Below, one piece after another: positions 62,765 through 64,000 of a DNA stretch of 64,000 nucleotides. Under the pieces are notes generated by a model that was not told where the DNA came from, did no database searches, and saw nothing but the letters and a program-made list of their open reading frames with translations. Each line of letters begins with the position of its first letter. Positions within the stretch are counted from its first letter, which is position 1. The stretch comes from Macrostomum lignano (lineage: Eukaryota). The position numbers and the translations under genes are program-made. The stretch covers positions 68,917 through 132,916 of the forward strand of contig NIVC01002086.1 in the NCBI GenBank assembly GCA_002269645.1, given 5' to 3'.

Positions 62765-63255
62765 AAAGCTTTAGATAGGGATCTCGATTGAAAGCCTTGG
62801 GATCTTTAAGCTTTGGGATCTTTAAGCTTTAGGATCTTTAAGCTTTGGGATCTTTAAGCTTTGGGATCTTTAAGCTTTGGGATCTTTAAGCTTTGGGATC
62901 TTTAAGCTTTGGGATTTTCAAGCTTTAGGATCTTTAAGCTTTGGGATTTTCAAGCTCTGAGAATTTTAGCTTTTTCAAGCTTTGGATTTTCAAGCTTTGG
63001 GATTTTCAAGCTTTGGGATTTTCAAGCTTTGGGATTTTCAAGCTTTGGGATTTTCAAGCTTTGGGATTTTCAAGCTTTGGGATTTTCAAGCTTTGGGATT
63101 TTCAAGCTTTGGGATTTTCAAGCTTTGGGATTTTCAAGCTTTGGATTTTCAAGCTTTGGGATTTTCAAGCTTTGGATTTTCAAGCTTTGGGATTTTCAAG
63201 CTTTGGGATTTTCAAGCTTTGGATTTTTCAAGCTTTGGGATTTTCAAGCTTTGAA
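62765..63255. repeat. 16-bp minisatellite (ggattttcaagctttg), AAGCTT in every unit
   Basis: About 30 copies. Confidence 0.95.
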
Positions 63256-63299
63256 ATAATGAATCTTCAAGCTTTGGGATCTCACAGCTCAAGTTGTGG

Positions 63300-64000
63300 G
63301 ATCTCAAATGAAGGTCTGATGAGAATCTATAGCGCCGAAAGACAGCGTAATGGAGAAGACAATGATGGGGAAAATAGGAGAGTTGCTCCGGTAGCCCTCC
63401 CCCACCCCCACCAGGTCCGAGTCCGCCTCCCAGCCAATGAGATTCTGCCTGCAGTCAGGAGAGAGAGATGAAGAACGAAGGAATGCTGGCGGGCCTGGAG
63501 CAGGTGAGGGAATGAGAGCCGGCGGTTGGCTGGCTCGCGCCTGCTTGCAAGGATTCCGGAGGAGGCTGAGGCTGAAGCTGAGGATGGATTCTGCTGATTG
63601 TGCGAGCACAAAAAACTCCCTTCGCTTATCAGGTTGAGTCCTCAATTCGCTGCTCTCAATAGCAAACCGAGCTTTACCTGTCGAAAGTAAGAACTCCCCG
63701 GAGACACCGCATGGAGGCGAACGATCCGAACTTCAACCCGTACAAGTTTTATGATGGAGGCTTCGCTCTCCCAGCTGCCATTCGAGCTCAGATGCTGATC
63801 AGATGCTGCCCCAGCAACCTCAGCTGCGTCTCCTGCAACAGTACCAGACTTTGGTGGATTTTTTCCTCACTGCTCAGCCGCTGTAAACGCCGTATCGTTT
63901 CTTGAGTCGCTGAAGATCCAGCAGCAGATCCAGCAGCAAATCCAGCAGCAATACCTTCAGTTTGTTGCTGCATGCAGCCGGTGCAGCCGCCACTGGTTTG
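63300..64000. other. GC-rich, exon-like sequence at the window end, unresolved
   Basis: Splice-like motifs and short protein-like frames on both strands (e.g. MEANDPNFNPYKFYDGGFALP on +). No consistent model. Confidence 0.25.

Overview
Repeat-rich eukaryotic (animal) genomic DNA, not prokaryotic. GC-rich, CAG/polyQ-bearing exons separated by minisatellite-filled introns suggest a free-living flatworm such as Macrostomum (inference, not proven). Four host genes could be built by hand with GT-AG splice phases that keep the frame, all on the + strand: a secreted or membrane SRCR-SRCR-ZP protein (24885-28875, 5 exons, 636 aa), an intronless INSM1/nerfin/EGL-46-type zinc finger (38806-39564), a polyQ protein with a C14orf93/DUF4616-like C-terminus (47735-52420, 4 exons, 437 aa) and Beclin-1/Atg6 (54552-58235, 5 coding exons, 480 aa). 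Exons of an unidentified minus-strand gene lie near 59.3-60.8 kb. The first ~24 kb is mostly decayed transposons. A BEL/Pao LTR retrotransposon carries three TIR/TSD-bounded DNA-transposon insertions, one of which contains a 36-bp mini-element with its own 8-bp TSD. There is also a Harbinger-type MITE and a MULE-like element. A conserved multi-hairpin module of ~450 bp occurs three times in the window. Best leads: (1) an apparent CAG>TAG / CTG>CTA mutational signature in repeat DNA, (2) the 36-bp transposon, (3) the three-copy structured module with a compensatory base change, (4) a splice acceptor repeated ~25 times by a minisatellite, (5) a Beclin-1 BH3 core with Gly-Asp replaced by Glu-Arg. 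No rRNA, tRNA or CRISPR array is supported.
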